From positions 31,310,001 to 31,374,000 of the forward strand of contig NC_043013.1 in assembly GCF_006345805.1 (NCBI RefSeq): a stretch of 64,000 nt of DNA, given 5' to 3'. This document shows, piece by piece, positions 11,919 to 23,584 of the stretch. Under the pieces are notes generated by a model. The model was not told the origin of the DNA. It searched no databases and saw only the letters and a list, made by a program, of their open reading frames with translations. The position numbers and the translations under genes are program-made. The number at the start of each line of letters is the position of its first letter. Position 1 is the stretch's first letter. This DNA is from Octopus sinensis (lineage: Eukaryota).

Positions 11919-12658
11919 AGTATAAGATAATTAACCCCTTGATGTCCTAAAAAAAGGAAAAAAAAATTTTGTAAAAAATTTTGAATTAAATTTGTAAGGG
12001 GAAATTACTCCCCGTTTACCGTATGAACTGCTACTTATTTAGAAATACTATCAGGGATTTATACTCCCATTGTTGACAAGCCATCTCTCTATAAACTGGT
12101 CACAGACGAACACACAGACACAGGTTTTTCTTCAGCTGCTTGACCATTAATAGCTGCTATATATTTCTCCCTAGCAGCTTCCTAAACATACTGCCACACA
12201 TACATAGGCGCACACACACATACACGTAGGCAATTTCTCACGCCCAAACATGATAGCCCTCATTCTTAAAACAATTCGAATATTAACACTAGTCATACAG
12301 AATATATTCACACTCTTTGGTTTTCTGTAATTCTTCCCCTCCCCTATGTTAACCGGATTTTGACCTCGAATTATCTCAACGGACTTTTTCGTCGGCTTTC
12401 ACCCAGCCCGACGTCAACGCATTTTGAGAGACAGTTTTGTGCCATTCATACCATGGGCTCCTAGAGAGCGTTTGTCGAAAAGCTTACTGCGCATTTTGTT
12501 GGAGATTTAAGTTCCTGGATTTTCCTGAAGAGAAAACTGCAAAATGGTATCCTTATTCAATCCGAATTGGGGACTTTGCAGCCTTTGAAACATATGTAGA
12601 AAATAATAAAAAGGAATTTTGTAAAATCTTCGTTCAGCTCCATTTCTTCCCTCACTAA

Positions 12659-12905
<247 letters not shown>

Positions 12906-13797
12906 GTGTGTGTATGTATGTATATATACACTCACATGCATATAAACGTACCTATATGTATTTGCTTGTGTGCGGCATGCAAGTGTGTGTATGTATGTGT
13001 GTGTGTGTGGGTGAGTATGTGTGTCTGCGTGTCTGTGTGTGAGGTGCATCAACATGCATTGATAATTGTCTGGTTAAATGAGTGCATATCTGTGACAGAC
13101 GTTCCGCTAAATATCCTTTACTGTCTAGTATCAGTGATTTTGTAGAGAATATGTATGTAGATATAATTGTAGATATAATCATTGAATCAAATAGCGACGT
13201 TTATTTTCCAACCAATTGATTGTGTTGACTGCACTTACATAATACTTTACTTTTCATAAAAATAAAACCAGATATAGAAGCATTGTTTGCGTTTCGCAGT
13301 TATACACACAGTCGTCTTATTTAATTGTGTTTATTTTTCATTTCTGTACCGCAGACAGCCAATCACTTCAGCTTGCTAATTCATTATGAAAGGAAGATTA
13401 ACAGTATTGTTAAGATCTATGTTATGGCATTATTTTTCATCCATAATGTGGAAAGATATTATAACTCAACTACTGAAAAAAAAAATCTTTACACTCTACT
13501 ACTTAAAAAAAAAAAACAGTTGGTATTTCTCTAGGAAAGACTAGGGATGGTTCTGTTTGTCCCACTAATTTCAAGTAACTAAATGCGTATGTTTTCATAT
13601 AACCGGAGGTTATACTGATTAGAAAGCCTGATTAGAAGCTGCCAACAACAAGTAAACACCTCTGCAACCTTTCCGACACTCAGCAATCGTTTCGGTGCAC
13701 CCCGCCATCCATTGCTGATCAAAGTTCGTAATTGTGAAAGCTTTTCATCAATTTCGACAGTGAGTGTTCCACTTACGCAAGACAACTGGACTTTTTA

Positions 13798-13878
13798 TTA
13801 TTTATATTATTTACATTTGACGGATATTTGTGCTCATCTTGTTTATTGTTAACACAACGTTTCGGTTGATATGCCCAC
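13798..13878 (-). repeat. Inverted copy of the 3' tail of the adjacent SINE (mirrors 14104-14181)
   Basis: ttatttatattatttacatttgacggatatttgt...aacgtttcggttgatatgccc is the revcomp of the tail. The junction is the hairpin atatgccc-ac-gggcatat. Confidence 0.9.
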
Positions 13879-13972
13879 GGGCATATGGCGTAGTGGTTAA
13901 GAGCGCGGGCTAATAACCCCAGGATTTCGAGTTCGATTCCAAGCAATGACCAGAATAATAATAATAATAATG

Positions 13973-14004
<32 letters not shown>

Positions 14005-14215
14005 GATGATGGTGATGATAATAACACTAATAACATCGAAAAATACCCTAGGAATGACAATACAGGTTAGAAATTTCCCCAAGACACCAGATGAAGCCCG
14101 GAAGGTATATCAGCCGAAACGTTGTTTTAGGAACAAATAAGATGAGGACAAATATCCGTCAAATGTAAATAATATAAATAACGTACATAATTCATCATCT
14201 TTTAAATACAGGACT
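13879..14215 (+). mobile_element. tRNA-derived SINE (family 4) with (AAT)n middle and hammerhead-like tail
   Basis: A box tggcgtagtggtt, B box gagttcgattcc (13929-13940), (AAT)n linker, then gacac-cagatga-ag...cagcc-gaaac-gtt-gtttt. Confidence 0.8.
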
Positions 14216-15241
14216 GTATGAACTACTTTATGTTTGAAAGTATGCTTTAAATGGTTGTATAATCCGCAGAGACATGTCTCCTTAACGTCATTGTTAGACA
14301 TTAAATAGAACCAGATTGGGCCCTTCAATTACTAGTTTAATCGACGGTTTTGCCTATCTGTCAGGCTCCACAGTTCTTCCAAATCTTTCATAAACATGAC
14401 ACTAGCACGAAATGTACATTCTCAATTATTTTCAGCCATAACATCGAACTCTGGCACTCATGATTCTGAAGGAAACTTCTTAACTATTCCATGATGCCTT
14501 CATGCATAATGAATGATTACTATCTGTTTGATTGTTGGCAACAGCGATTGTATAGAACACTATTTATTTTGGCTCCAATTTTTCATAATGTTGTGACGCA
14601 TTAGAATTTAAATAAGGTTCTTAATGAAAATTAATCAATATTCAATACGCTAATTCAGTTGATTGTAAGTGAACATTAAACTTGATTATTTGTATAATTT
14701 CATTATTGTATTGCTTCTAGAATCCTTTGGAGAAGAAACTAAAATTGGCAAATTAGTTACAAACTATCAGTCCTAAATTTATCACACTGCAGACAGGAGC
14801 TGTGATACCAGATTCTTTGACGAATCTAAATTGTCCTAGAAGATCATATGTGGTTCATTTTTCCTAATATCAGTTGAATTGTAAACGAAATCATCAATCA
14901 TATTTCTCATGAACAAAACTATTGAGATTGAGCCAAGAATGGATTTATTTGTTTGAAGAAGATATCGAGAAATGATATTATATTTGTTTCAAATTAATGC
15001 AATATCATAACCTAAAATTTCAATTCCTTTATACTCAGCAATTTTTTAGATATACTCCCAAAGCAATTTATGCATATTCCTTTTGCATAACCAATATTAT
15101 CCAAGTAAACAATGATACATTACCGTTCAAAATAGATAGGATATCAAGCATGTAGTTTAATGCTCTCTGATGCTCAAAAGGGCGTCCAGGAGAGAGAAAG
15201 CAAGCAATTGCAATTAGTAACTAGAAGTGTACAATACTTAC

Positions 15242-15497
15242 GTGTAAGTGGGGAGGATGAGCTTTGTACGAAGATGCCGCAATTATAGGTATGAAATACT
15301 TGGGGATTTCCTCTCGAATGTCCCTGGCTTTGTCAATGTAGATTTGCATGGACGATGGAAACCACTTTAAGATGTAATGCCAACCAGGACAACACAAGCA
15401 AGAGTAGGGATATTCACAAAGTCCCGGATATCGGAGTGTTTGATCAAATGGATAAGAAGGGGTAGGAAAGTTTACGCTCCAAGAAGGGCTTCTATGC
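15242..15497 (-). CDS. Candidate coding exon, unidentified protein
   Basis: 85 stop-free codons ending at CAC|GTAAGTAT. The acceptor (TACCAG|G) is weak and no recognised domain is present. Confidence 0.25.
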
Positions 15498-15544
15498 CTG
15501 GTACTATTTTATGCGCCATTCTAAGAGTCTGAATAAAAATGTAA

Positions 15545-15790
15545 GTAATGTTACCTTCTCGAGTCATACTGAGTTACAATTGCGTTTATGTTTCATGGTA
15601 TGCATAGTCCCCACCTGCAGGAAAAGCCGGTCAGACGTGAGATTTACTCATTTTTGTCAGCTGTGTGGACTGGAGCAACGTGTTAGGAAGTGTTTTGCAG
15701 GATACAACGCGTCGCCCAGTCTAAGAATCGAAACCACAATCTCACAATTATGAGTCCAAAACCTGAACCGCTAAGCCACGCGCTTGCATA
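15545..15790 (-). mobile_element. tRNA-derived SINE family 3, degenerate
   Basis: Revcomp of the B box (gaatcgaaacc) and of the core (ctgtgtggactggagcaacgtg), matching the plus copy at 38212. Confidence 0.65.
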
Positions 15791-16127
15791 ACATTCTGAA
15801 AAGAAGGACAACCTTCAAGATGTCCCTTCAGATTTAGATATCATTGTACCTAGTTTTAATCAGAGACTGTAACGTGAATTCGTTGGCACAGATCATATAA
15901 TATAGAAAGAAATTTTAAGAATACGGCCAGCTATGGTCAAGGATTATTTAGAATCTGTTGTGGAACGGTCTTTGTTTTAGGAGCACTATCTCCCAGCACA
16001 TAGATATCCATAAATAGCCATGGTGTAAGATTATTTTGGAATATTGTAACTAAATTCAGAGAATTACCTCGGCAAATTGAAGAGGTTCAGTGATTCAGAA
16101 GAAAAGATGACTAGTCCGGTATAGCAC

Positions 16128-16358
16128 CTATTTCTTTACTACCCAAAAGGGGCTAAACACAGAGAGGACAAACAAGGACAGACAAAGGGATTAAGTCGAT
16201 TACATCGACCCCAGTGCGTAACTGGTACTTAATTTATCGACCCCGAAAGGATGAAAGGCAAAGTCGACCTCGGCGGAATTTGAACTCAGAACGTAACGGC
16301 AGACGAAATACCGCTAAGCATTTCGCTCGGTGTGCTAACGATTCCGCCAGCTCGCCGC
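16128..16358 (-). mobile_element. SINE family 1, full length, with 12-13 bp TSD
   Basis: ccggtatagcac(c) at 16116-16128 and 16359-16371 flanks a complete copy with A box (tggcggaatcg) and B box (gagttcaaattcc) on the minus strand. Confidence 0.95.
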
Positions 16359-17199
16359 CCGGTATAGCACCGTGCAACACATCTCCCTGTTTTAGTGAAG
16401 AAAGTAAAGGGACACTCCCTGAAATGCTTTGTATAACAGTAAAGAATTGCACTTAAAAACGAGACCTATTTAACCTTTTTTTTTGTTGATAAAGCCAGAG
16501 CAATATCCAGCAGAGACAGTAAAGAAGTCGAATAATAAGATGGGAGAGGAGAGGGTGATGTAGATAGGATCCAATTTATTGTCGGCTAATAACTTATTCT
16601 TCTAGATCATTCGCCGAGAGTAATACAAGACCGTTTCCACTGACTGACGTGCCATCAAGGACGCCTGTACTTTTCAAATATTTATTCAAACATACAAACG
16701 CACACACGCACATACGCACATATCTATGTGTGTGTGTGCGTGCGTGTATCGCATATATATTTATTTATACACACATATATACCTATGTGCATGTATTTGT
16801 ATGCATACATACATATGTGTCCTCACTCTTTCAATTATATATATACATTCGCAAATGTAGCGTAAATATAATAACAAGTAATTATTTTCGAATTTATTTA
16901 TGCATTTGTTTATAGGTATTACCTCTACCATGAGATTGAATTATAAACACAAATTGCTCTTTCGCCGAATGAGAAACAAATAGGCAATTTCAAAAGTATT
17001 GAATTGATTTCAAAACGAGATTCACTGTTATTTAGTATGATGTTTTTTCACTTCACCTAGCACAAAAAATAACGGCTTAAAAATATAATCAAGCATGTGG
17101 TTAAACATCTTTGTATATGGTTATATATATACAGATTGAGAGAGAGAGAGATCAGGTGATCGATTATCGATTAGACTAGGGGATGTTATATATCGCTGT

Positions 17200-17450
17200 T
17201 ATCAATGCGCTGTGCATCGTTTTACCTTTGAAACTACGCTACCCTGCTAGCATATGAGAGAAGGTCAACCCCACCCCCTGATCGGAAGCTAGTCTGTCGA
17301 AGGATTAAACCTTTAGATCTGAATGGACTGGGGCAACGCGAAATGAAGCGTTTTGTTCTAGAACACGATACGCTACTTTGTTCGAGAATCGAACCCACGA
17401 TCTAGCGATAGTGAGTGCAACGCCCTAATCACTACGTCACGCACCTCCAC
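17200..17450 (-). mobile_element. SINE family 3, degenerate
   Basis: gaatcgaacccacgatc...gccctaatcactacgtcacgcacctccac head and gactggggcaacgcgaaatgaag core. Confidence 0.65.
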
Positions 17451-17891
17451 GTTTGTATGTTTGTGGCTGTGCGCAAGTATGTGCGTGTGCACATATTTTT
17501 TGTGCTGATCTGTAATCAAGCCATGCAAAAATTTATATAAAAAACGAAGTTTCGCTATATTCGTCAACTACCTTTTCTTTTTAATCGTAAAAATTCCATG
17601 GAGGTTAATCCATGGTGAATATAGTAAAAAGGTCATGTTTATTCTTCGGGTATGTTTGGACATATAACTCTGCGCATTGGCTGTTCGCTCTTTCACACTC
17701 ATTTCTTTTGAATTTCCATCTTTCCTCCCTTGTGTTCATTGTTTATATCGGGAAACGGATGTGCTCCGCTATATTCAAGATACCCAAACAATGCCGTATA
17801 TGACAAAGCCACGCCTCCGACTCCTTCAGTATTTGAAAGCCGGCGATAGACATAATTTGGACGTGTGTATATATATACCTACTTCTATGCA

Positions 17892-20800
17892 TTTTTTTTT
17901 CTAGTTTCAGCTCAGAGCTGCGGCCATGCTGATGCACCGCCGTTTTGTGCTACACTGTTATTACGACGAACCTCGTCTAATATGTGGCACTTGGTGAAGA
18001 AGGGAGTTTGATATAGCTACTCTCATTTGCACCTCTTGCCGTGAAGTAGGTTCATCTAGGACTCTTGGCAGGAAGATGTCCAGCTTAGATTTAAAAACCG
18101 CTACATCTACTTTGTGCAAATTCCTCAGACTCTTTGGGAGAATATTAAAAAGCTGTGGGCCCTTGAAACCCAGGCTGTTGCAGAAGCTGGCCCTGTAGCG
18201 TGATGGCATTGCTGGGATCTTTGGCACTATGCAGTGTCGTCCCGTTGTAGCATTGATGTAGCTTACAATGCCAAAATTTGGCACAATTCCTTCCAGGATC
18301 TTCCAAATATATATTACTGCATACCTCTCACGTCTTCTCTCCAGGGAGTAGAGTCTTAGCTGTTTCAACCTTTCCCAGTAGCTGAGCTGTTGCAAAGAGA
18401 CGATCTTCTTTATGAATCTTCTCTGGATTGTTTCAAAGCCCGCTGTTAATTTTACACCGGTGGGTGACCATAGCTGTGAGCAGTAATCCAGGCAGCTGAG
18501 GACGAATGTCCGCCAGAGGATCATCATGGTTTCCTTATCTCTGGTTCTGAATGTTCTTAGGATTTACCCAGCCAGTCGTCTGCACTTTGTCGCCATCCTG
18601 GTAATGTGCACTTGGAAAGGGGTCTCATAACTCATGTCGATACCCAGGTCCCTCACCGAATTAGGCTCTGGGATTGAAATTCCCTGTGGACCGGTGTATC
18701 CTGTAAGTTTAATATTCAGTTTTGGATGCTGGTAGCGCAGGGTCTGGAATTTTTCAGCATTAAACTGCATATTATTATCCTCAGCTCATCTATAGATTGA
18801 GTCCAACTCCTGCTGCAGGTGTGCAACATCGCTGGGGTTCTGTATGTTCTGCGAGACTTTCGTATCGTCTGCATAACTGGCCAGAGTGGCTATCCGGGCA
18901 TTTGAGGGCATATCTGAGAGAGCCACTATAAAAAGCAGTGGTCCCAAGACAGTGCCCTGTGGAACACCTCTCACTATTTGTGTGTTCATAGAGGTGGCTC
19001 CATTAACCACTACTGCCTGACTCCTATCTTTCAGGAAGTCATGCAACCATTTTCCAGCTATGCCGAGGTCACGCAGTTTGTGGTATATCATACCATGATC
19101 CACCTTGTCAAAATCTTTTTGCAAAATCAAGGTAGATTACGTCCACGTTTGATTTGTTGAGTAACTGACTCAACACCCAGTCATAATGGTCTAAGAGCTG
19201 GGTCAGGCAGCTCCTACCTGGTCATAAACCATGCTGGGTATCACTCAGCAAGTTATTTTCCTCAAGGAATGCGATTAGTTTCTTTCTGACTAGCCGTTCC
19301 ATGACTTTGCTGATGTGTGAAGTCAGAGAGATAGGCCTATAGGTTTTGGCATCTGCTCTATTTCTCCCATTATGTATTGGGCATATTATTCCATCCTTCA
19401 GCTTGCTTGGCAGTTTGCCATTCGCAAGAAAGCTCTGGAAGAGAATCTTGAGGGGTTTTGCCAGGGCATGCTTACACGCTTTGAGGAGGATGGCTGGCAA
19501 ACCGTCTGGACCAGCAGCTGAGTTTGTGTCCACTTCATCTATGGCTAGTAGGACATCTTTTTCGCTAATGTCAATACGTTCTATTGTAACCGCCTCGCTG
19601 GTTATAGGTGAGGCGGCAAAGCAGTCCACTGGTTCATTTACTTGTCTGTGTTCCAACGGGGTGGTAAAGACACTTTTGAACTGGTCATTCCGCATCTCAC
19701 TGATCTTAGTTGGACTGTCTATGAGGGAGCCATCCTTTTGGAGGAGGGGTCCTATCTTGTAGTGCACTGAGACTGTTTCTTTCGCGTAATGAAAGAAGGC
19801 CTTTGTGTTTGATTTAATGTTTTTTATAACCCAGGCTTCTTTGTCTGCTTTCTCCTTCACATAGGATTTTTGCAGCCTTCTTTTCGATCTCCATCAGTGT
19901 TGTTTTAGGCGGTACGTTTCGCTACTTTTGGGATGTTGGTTGAGACGATTTGCAACCTTCATCCGTCGTCTCATGAGGATCTTCCTGTCTCTTGGAATGT
20001 TGCTCCTATTCCTTTTAGCCTTGTGCTCTGGGACATATTTCTGACATACGGTTTGTACAGAAGACATGAAACATTTCTTTCATGTCAATGTCTGGTGTGG
20101 AGAGACATTCCGGCCAGTCCTCTCTGAGGATCTCTTTTTGGATCGATTTCCAATCTGCTTTGTCGAAGTTCAGATTGGAGGGATTTTGGGTGCTTCCTTT
20201 AGGCTGTATGTCTCTGGTTACATTTAGCCCAAACATAGACAGCTCTATTATATTGTGATCCGAAACTGATGTCGGTGTCACTTTCACATCATGAATGATG
20301 TCCATATTGTTCGTGAAGCAGAGATCCAGAATGTTATTCGCCCTAGTTGGCTTGAGGACAACTTGCTCCATGAATAAGGCATTGGTGAGGTTGAGCAGGG
20401 ACTCCACCTATACTTGCTTGCAATGATTCATTCCTGAGAGTATGTGACCTTCGGGCCATTTGAAGTTGGGGAAGTTGAAATCACCCATAAGAAATATGGT
20501 CACGTGGTGTTCCAGATTCATGAGGATTTCTTTAATTCTTGTGAGGCAATCTTCAAACTTGCCTATGTGATTTGGGGCATCCGGTGGGCAATATGTATTG
20601 CATATGACTATATTATGTTGTCTTATGTATACAATTAAAGTGTCACTTGCCGAATTTGAGTATGTCATTAAGACCTGGAATGTGAGGTCATCTCGGATGT
20701 ATACAGCAAATCGACCATGGTTGGTTCCTTTCCCCTCTTTCTGTTCGCAGTATGGCATAGTTTGGTATGTGTACTTCTGCGTCCTCTATATCAGGGTTGA

Positions 20801-21018
20801 GGTGAGTTTCCACAAGTGCTATGCATAGGGCTTGATTGAATGCAGTAAGATCTCTCAGGAAAGAAATTTTGTTTCTATTTTGATGCAACAGGCCCCCAAT
20901 ATTTAGTAAAAGTATTGGGGTGACGGCTGTGCAGGCGTTAGGGGAGGCCATCCCGTGTCTGTTGACTGTGGTGGTCTTGCATAGAGGTGGGCAGTGTTCC
21001 TTCTCTGTGCTTGGAATC
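17892..21018 (-). mobile_element. CR1-type LINE: near-complete ORF2 (APE + RT) with frameshifts, intact 3' tail
   Basis: LLNIGGL...VETHL, MGDFNFP, ILDLCFTN...SDHNII (APE); GPDGLP, YRPISLTS, DKVDH, GVPQGTVLGPLLF, YADDTK (RT); LDYCSQLWSP, LERRRERY. The tail is ggcggtgcatcagcatggccgcagctctgagctgaaactag(A)n. Confidence 0.93.
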
Positions 21019-21076
<58 letters not shown>

Positions 21077-21377
21077 TGCTTCTGTTCGTGTGTATGCGTA
21101 CGAGCTTTTCCCCTTAGTTCTCTCTCTCTTCCACCCTCTCTCACTCCCGCGCTCTCTTTCTGCGTGACCGAATATATCATTATATAACACTATATATTGC
21201 AGGTACAAACAAATCGATTTCAGCGCTTCGGTTTACGCGTTAACAAAAAAGCAATAAGTGAACACATCTTAACTAAGGGATATTTCTAAAGAGAGAAAAT
21301 GAAACAGAAACGTATCTTATAGAATGCATTAAAAGACTGAGAGTCGCGTTAAACACCAAGGGAATCATTGGCTCTAC

Positions 21378-21419
<42 letters not shown>

Positions 21420-21570
21420 ACACATAAAGTCAAGTGGTATCATGGCCCATTCGAGTTCAGTGATTTGTATTCAGTTTCAGGTGGCTTATCTGGCATTGCA
21501 TATCTAGCATCGTTTAAAAGTGGTGAGATCTTTTTCCTCTAGATATATATATATATATATATAATATATA

Positions 21571-21624
<54 letters not shown>

Positions 21625-21629
<5 letters not shown>

Positions 21630-21676
21630 GGCGGTGCATCAGCATGGCCGCAGCTCTGAGCTGAAACTAGAAAAAA
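21625..21676 (+). mobile_element. Isolated 52-bp 3' terminus of the CR1-type LINE within (AT)n
   Basis: Exact revcomp match to 17895-17946. Confidence 0.9.
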
Positions 21677-22376
21677 TATATATATATCATGTCTTTCGAA
21701 TGTCTAGTACATAGGGATTTGTCATGACAATCTTTATGCAGTATATAAAGTGGTTGTCTCTGGAGTTATTGTATGTCTGTATCCGATGAAGACGGTGATG
21801 GATGTTGCATGTTTCAATCGTATCTTTCATTTTCCTGTTTATAATTACGGTGTGAGAAATGTGATTTTGTCATTTTGAGGTGGAATTTTACGTATTGGCT
21901 TGTTGAATTAGACAATTATTATTTTTTTTTTTTAGTCAAGCAAGCACGCAATACCGACGTGTGCCTTTTAAGCATTACGATAATAAAATTAAGCAACCTC
22001 CAAATTTCTTTCAATAGATGCTTAATAGCTTCCAACATAATGTCAATGTAAAATGACATTCATGAACAATGTGAGGAGAATTCTGAAGGGATGATAACCA
22101 CTGTAATCAACATTAATAACTATGACATAACATCTCTCTCTCTCTTTCTATCTGTCTCTCCCTTTTTGTGTCTCCCTCTCTTTCTTTCTGTTTCTCTCTC
22201 TCTCTCTTTCTACCTCTCTATCTATGTTATGTCTATCTATCTTTCTTTCAACGTCTCTTTTTTAATCTTTCTCCGTCAGTGTCACAATGCACAAACATAC
22301 ACATGCAAAAACAAACACACGTACAAACCACTAAGCCACGCCACGTATTTCCATAATAATAATAATAATAATAATA

Positions 22377-22408
<32 letters not shown>

Positions 22409-22416
22409 TATGTATG

Positions 22417-22459
<43 letters not shown>

Positions 22460-22631
22460 ACAATGATTCTGGGATATAATCTATAAGTGCTTAATACATC
22501 GCTAATCGTGTTTCCATAAGGTACATGATTTGGACATCAGATTCGGTATACATACACACATACATACATACATACTACATACATACATACACTCATACAT
22601 ACATACACACATACATACATACATACATACA

Positions 22632-22665
<34 letters not shown>

Positions 22666-22689
22666 CATTTGTGTGTGTGGGTGTTCGAT

Positions 22690-22830
22690 GGAAATCCGGG
22701 TAATTTCATACACAATCCATTGGGCCTGCCGAGGGGTTTTCATCATAATCACTCACCCGGATGCCGCACAATGGCACTGAACTCGAAACCATTTGTTTGC
22801 AAAGCGAGATTCTTAATCATACAATTATTC
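22690..22830 (-). mobile_element. SINE family 2 head, degenerate
   Basis: cccggatgccgcacaatggcactgaactcgaaacc resembles the family-2 head in reverse. Confidence 0.55.
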
Positions 22831-23538
22831 CTAATGTACGTATGTGTAAAACATCTACCGATAAAACGGACACATGGATAACGAATTCGATAAAAATTAA
22901 ATCAATTCAGATTTTAAAAAAAAATTTTTGCAAACTGAATATTTTTAATACCATTATTTTATGTAATGATGAAAGAGACGGAAAACAAAACTTTGAGTAG
23001 AGACTGACAGACAGACAGAATATTGCTTTAGCTTAAGAGACCTATGGGAATTATAGATGTTTTTTGTGGGGAAGAGAGATTTTGTTAATAAGGGAAACTT
23101 TCAATTTATTCATTAAATGCTAATCTCTGTTGTAATAAATTAGATCTAACATTATTTCAAATGAAAATCTCATTTAACGTGCTGAATAAATTCCATTGCA
23201 CGCTGAGCTTTTTAATATGCTCCATTAATTACAAGTCTAGTTTGCTGTGAAACGCTGTGGGAAATCAGAACGTAATAGGTAAAACAACGAATCATTGAAA
23301 ATTCGACAATCTATATACACAGGGAAGCAAATGTATACTCGTTGCCCTTACTATAAACAATATGTTTTGTCATATACACCATTAATGAAAATACTGAAAC
23401 TCGCTTAATTGAAAAAAACTTGCTTAATTGAAAAGACATATTTAAATTTTTATATATAGTATTTCGCTATTTTTACTGACACAAAAACTATCTATTTCTC
23501 TCACTCACTTCTTTTCCCTGTCTATCTGTCTCTGTCTC

Positions 23539-23584
<46 letters not shown>

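Larger units (their letters stand above)
8745..12658. mobile_element. Penelope-like retroelement (RT + C-terminal GIY-YIG endonuclease) with internal inversion, flanked by (AT)n
   Basis: RT motifs on the minus strand, GIY-YIG on the plus strand, a 205-bp linker duplicated in inverted orientation, a 112-bp terminal segment duplicated in inverted orientation (8920-9031 / 12290-12401), and (AT)n on both sides. Confidence 0.92.

Noticed and set aside
13579-13785. Open frames on both strands with donor-like motifs (ACA|GTGAGT)
   Set aside because: No convincing acceptor and no recognisable protein.
13879-13945. Possible genuine tRNA gene (also 38215-38285 and 60290-60368)
   Set aside because: The A/B boxes are followed by SINE bodies, with no acceptor-stem closure or T-run terminator, so they are tRNA-derived SINE heads.
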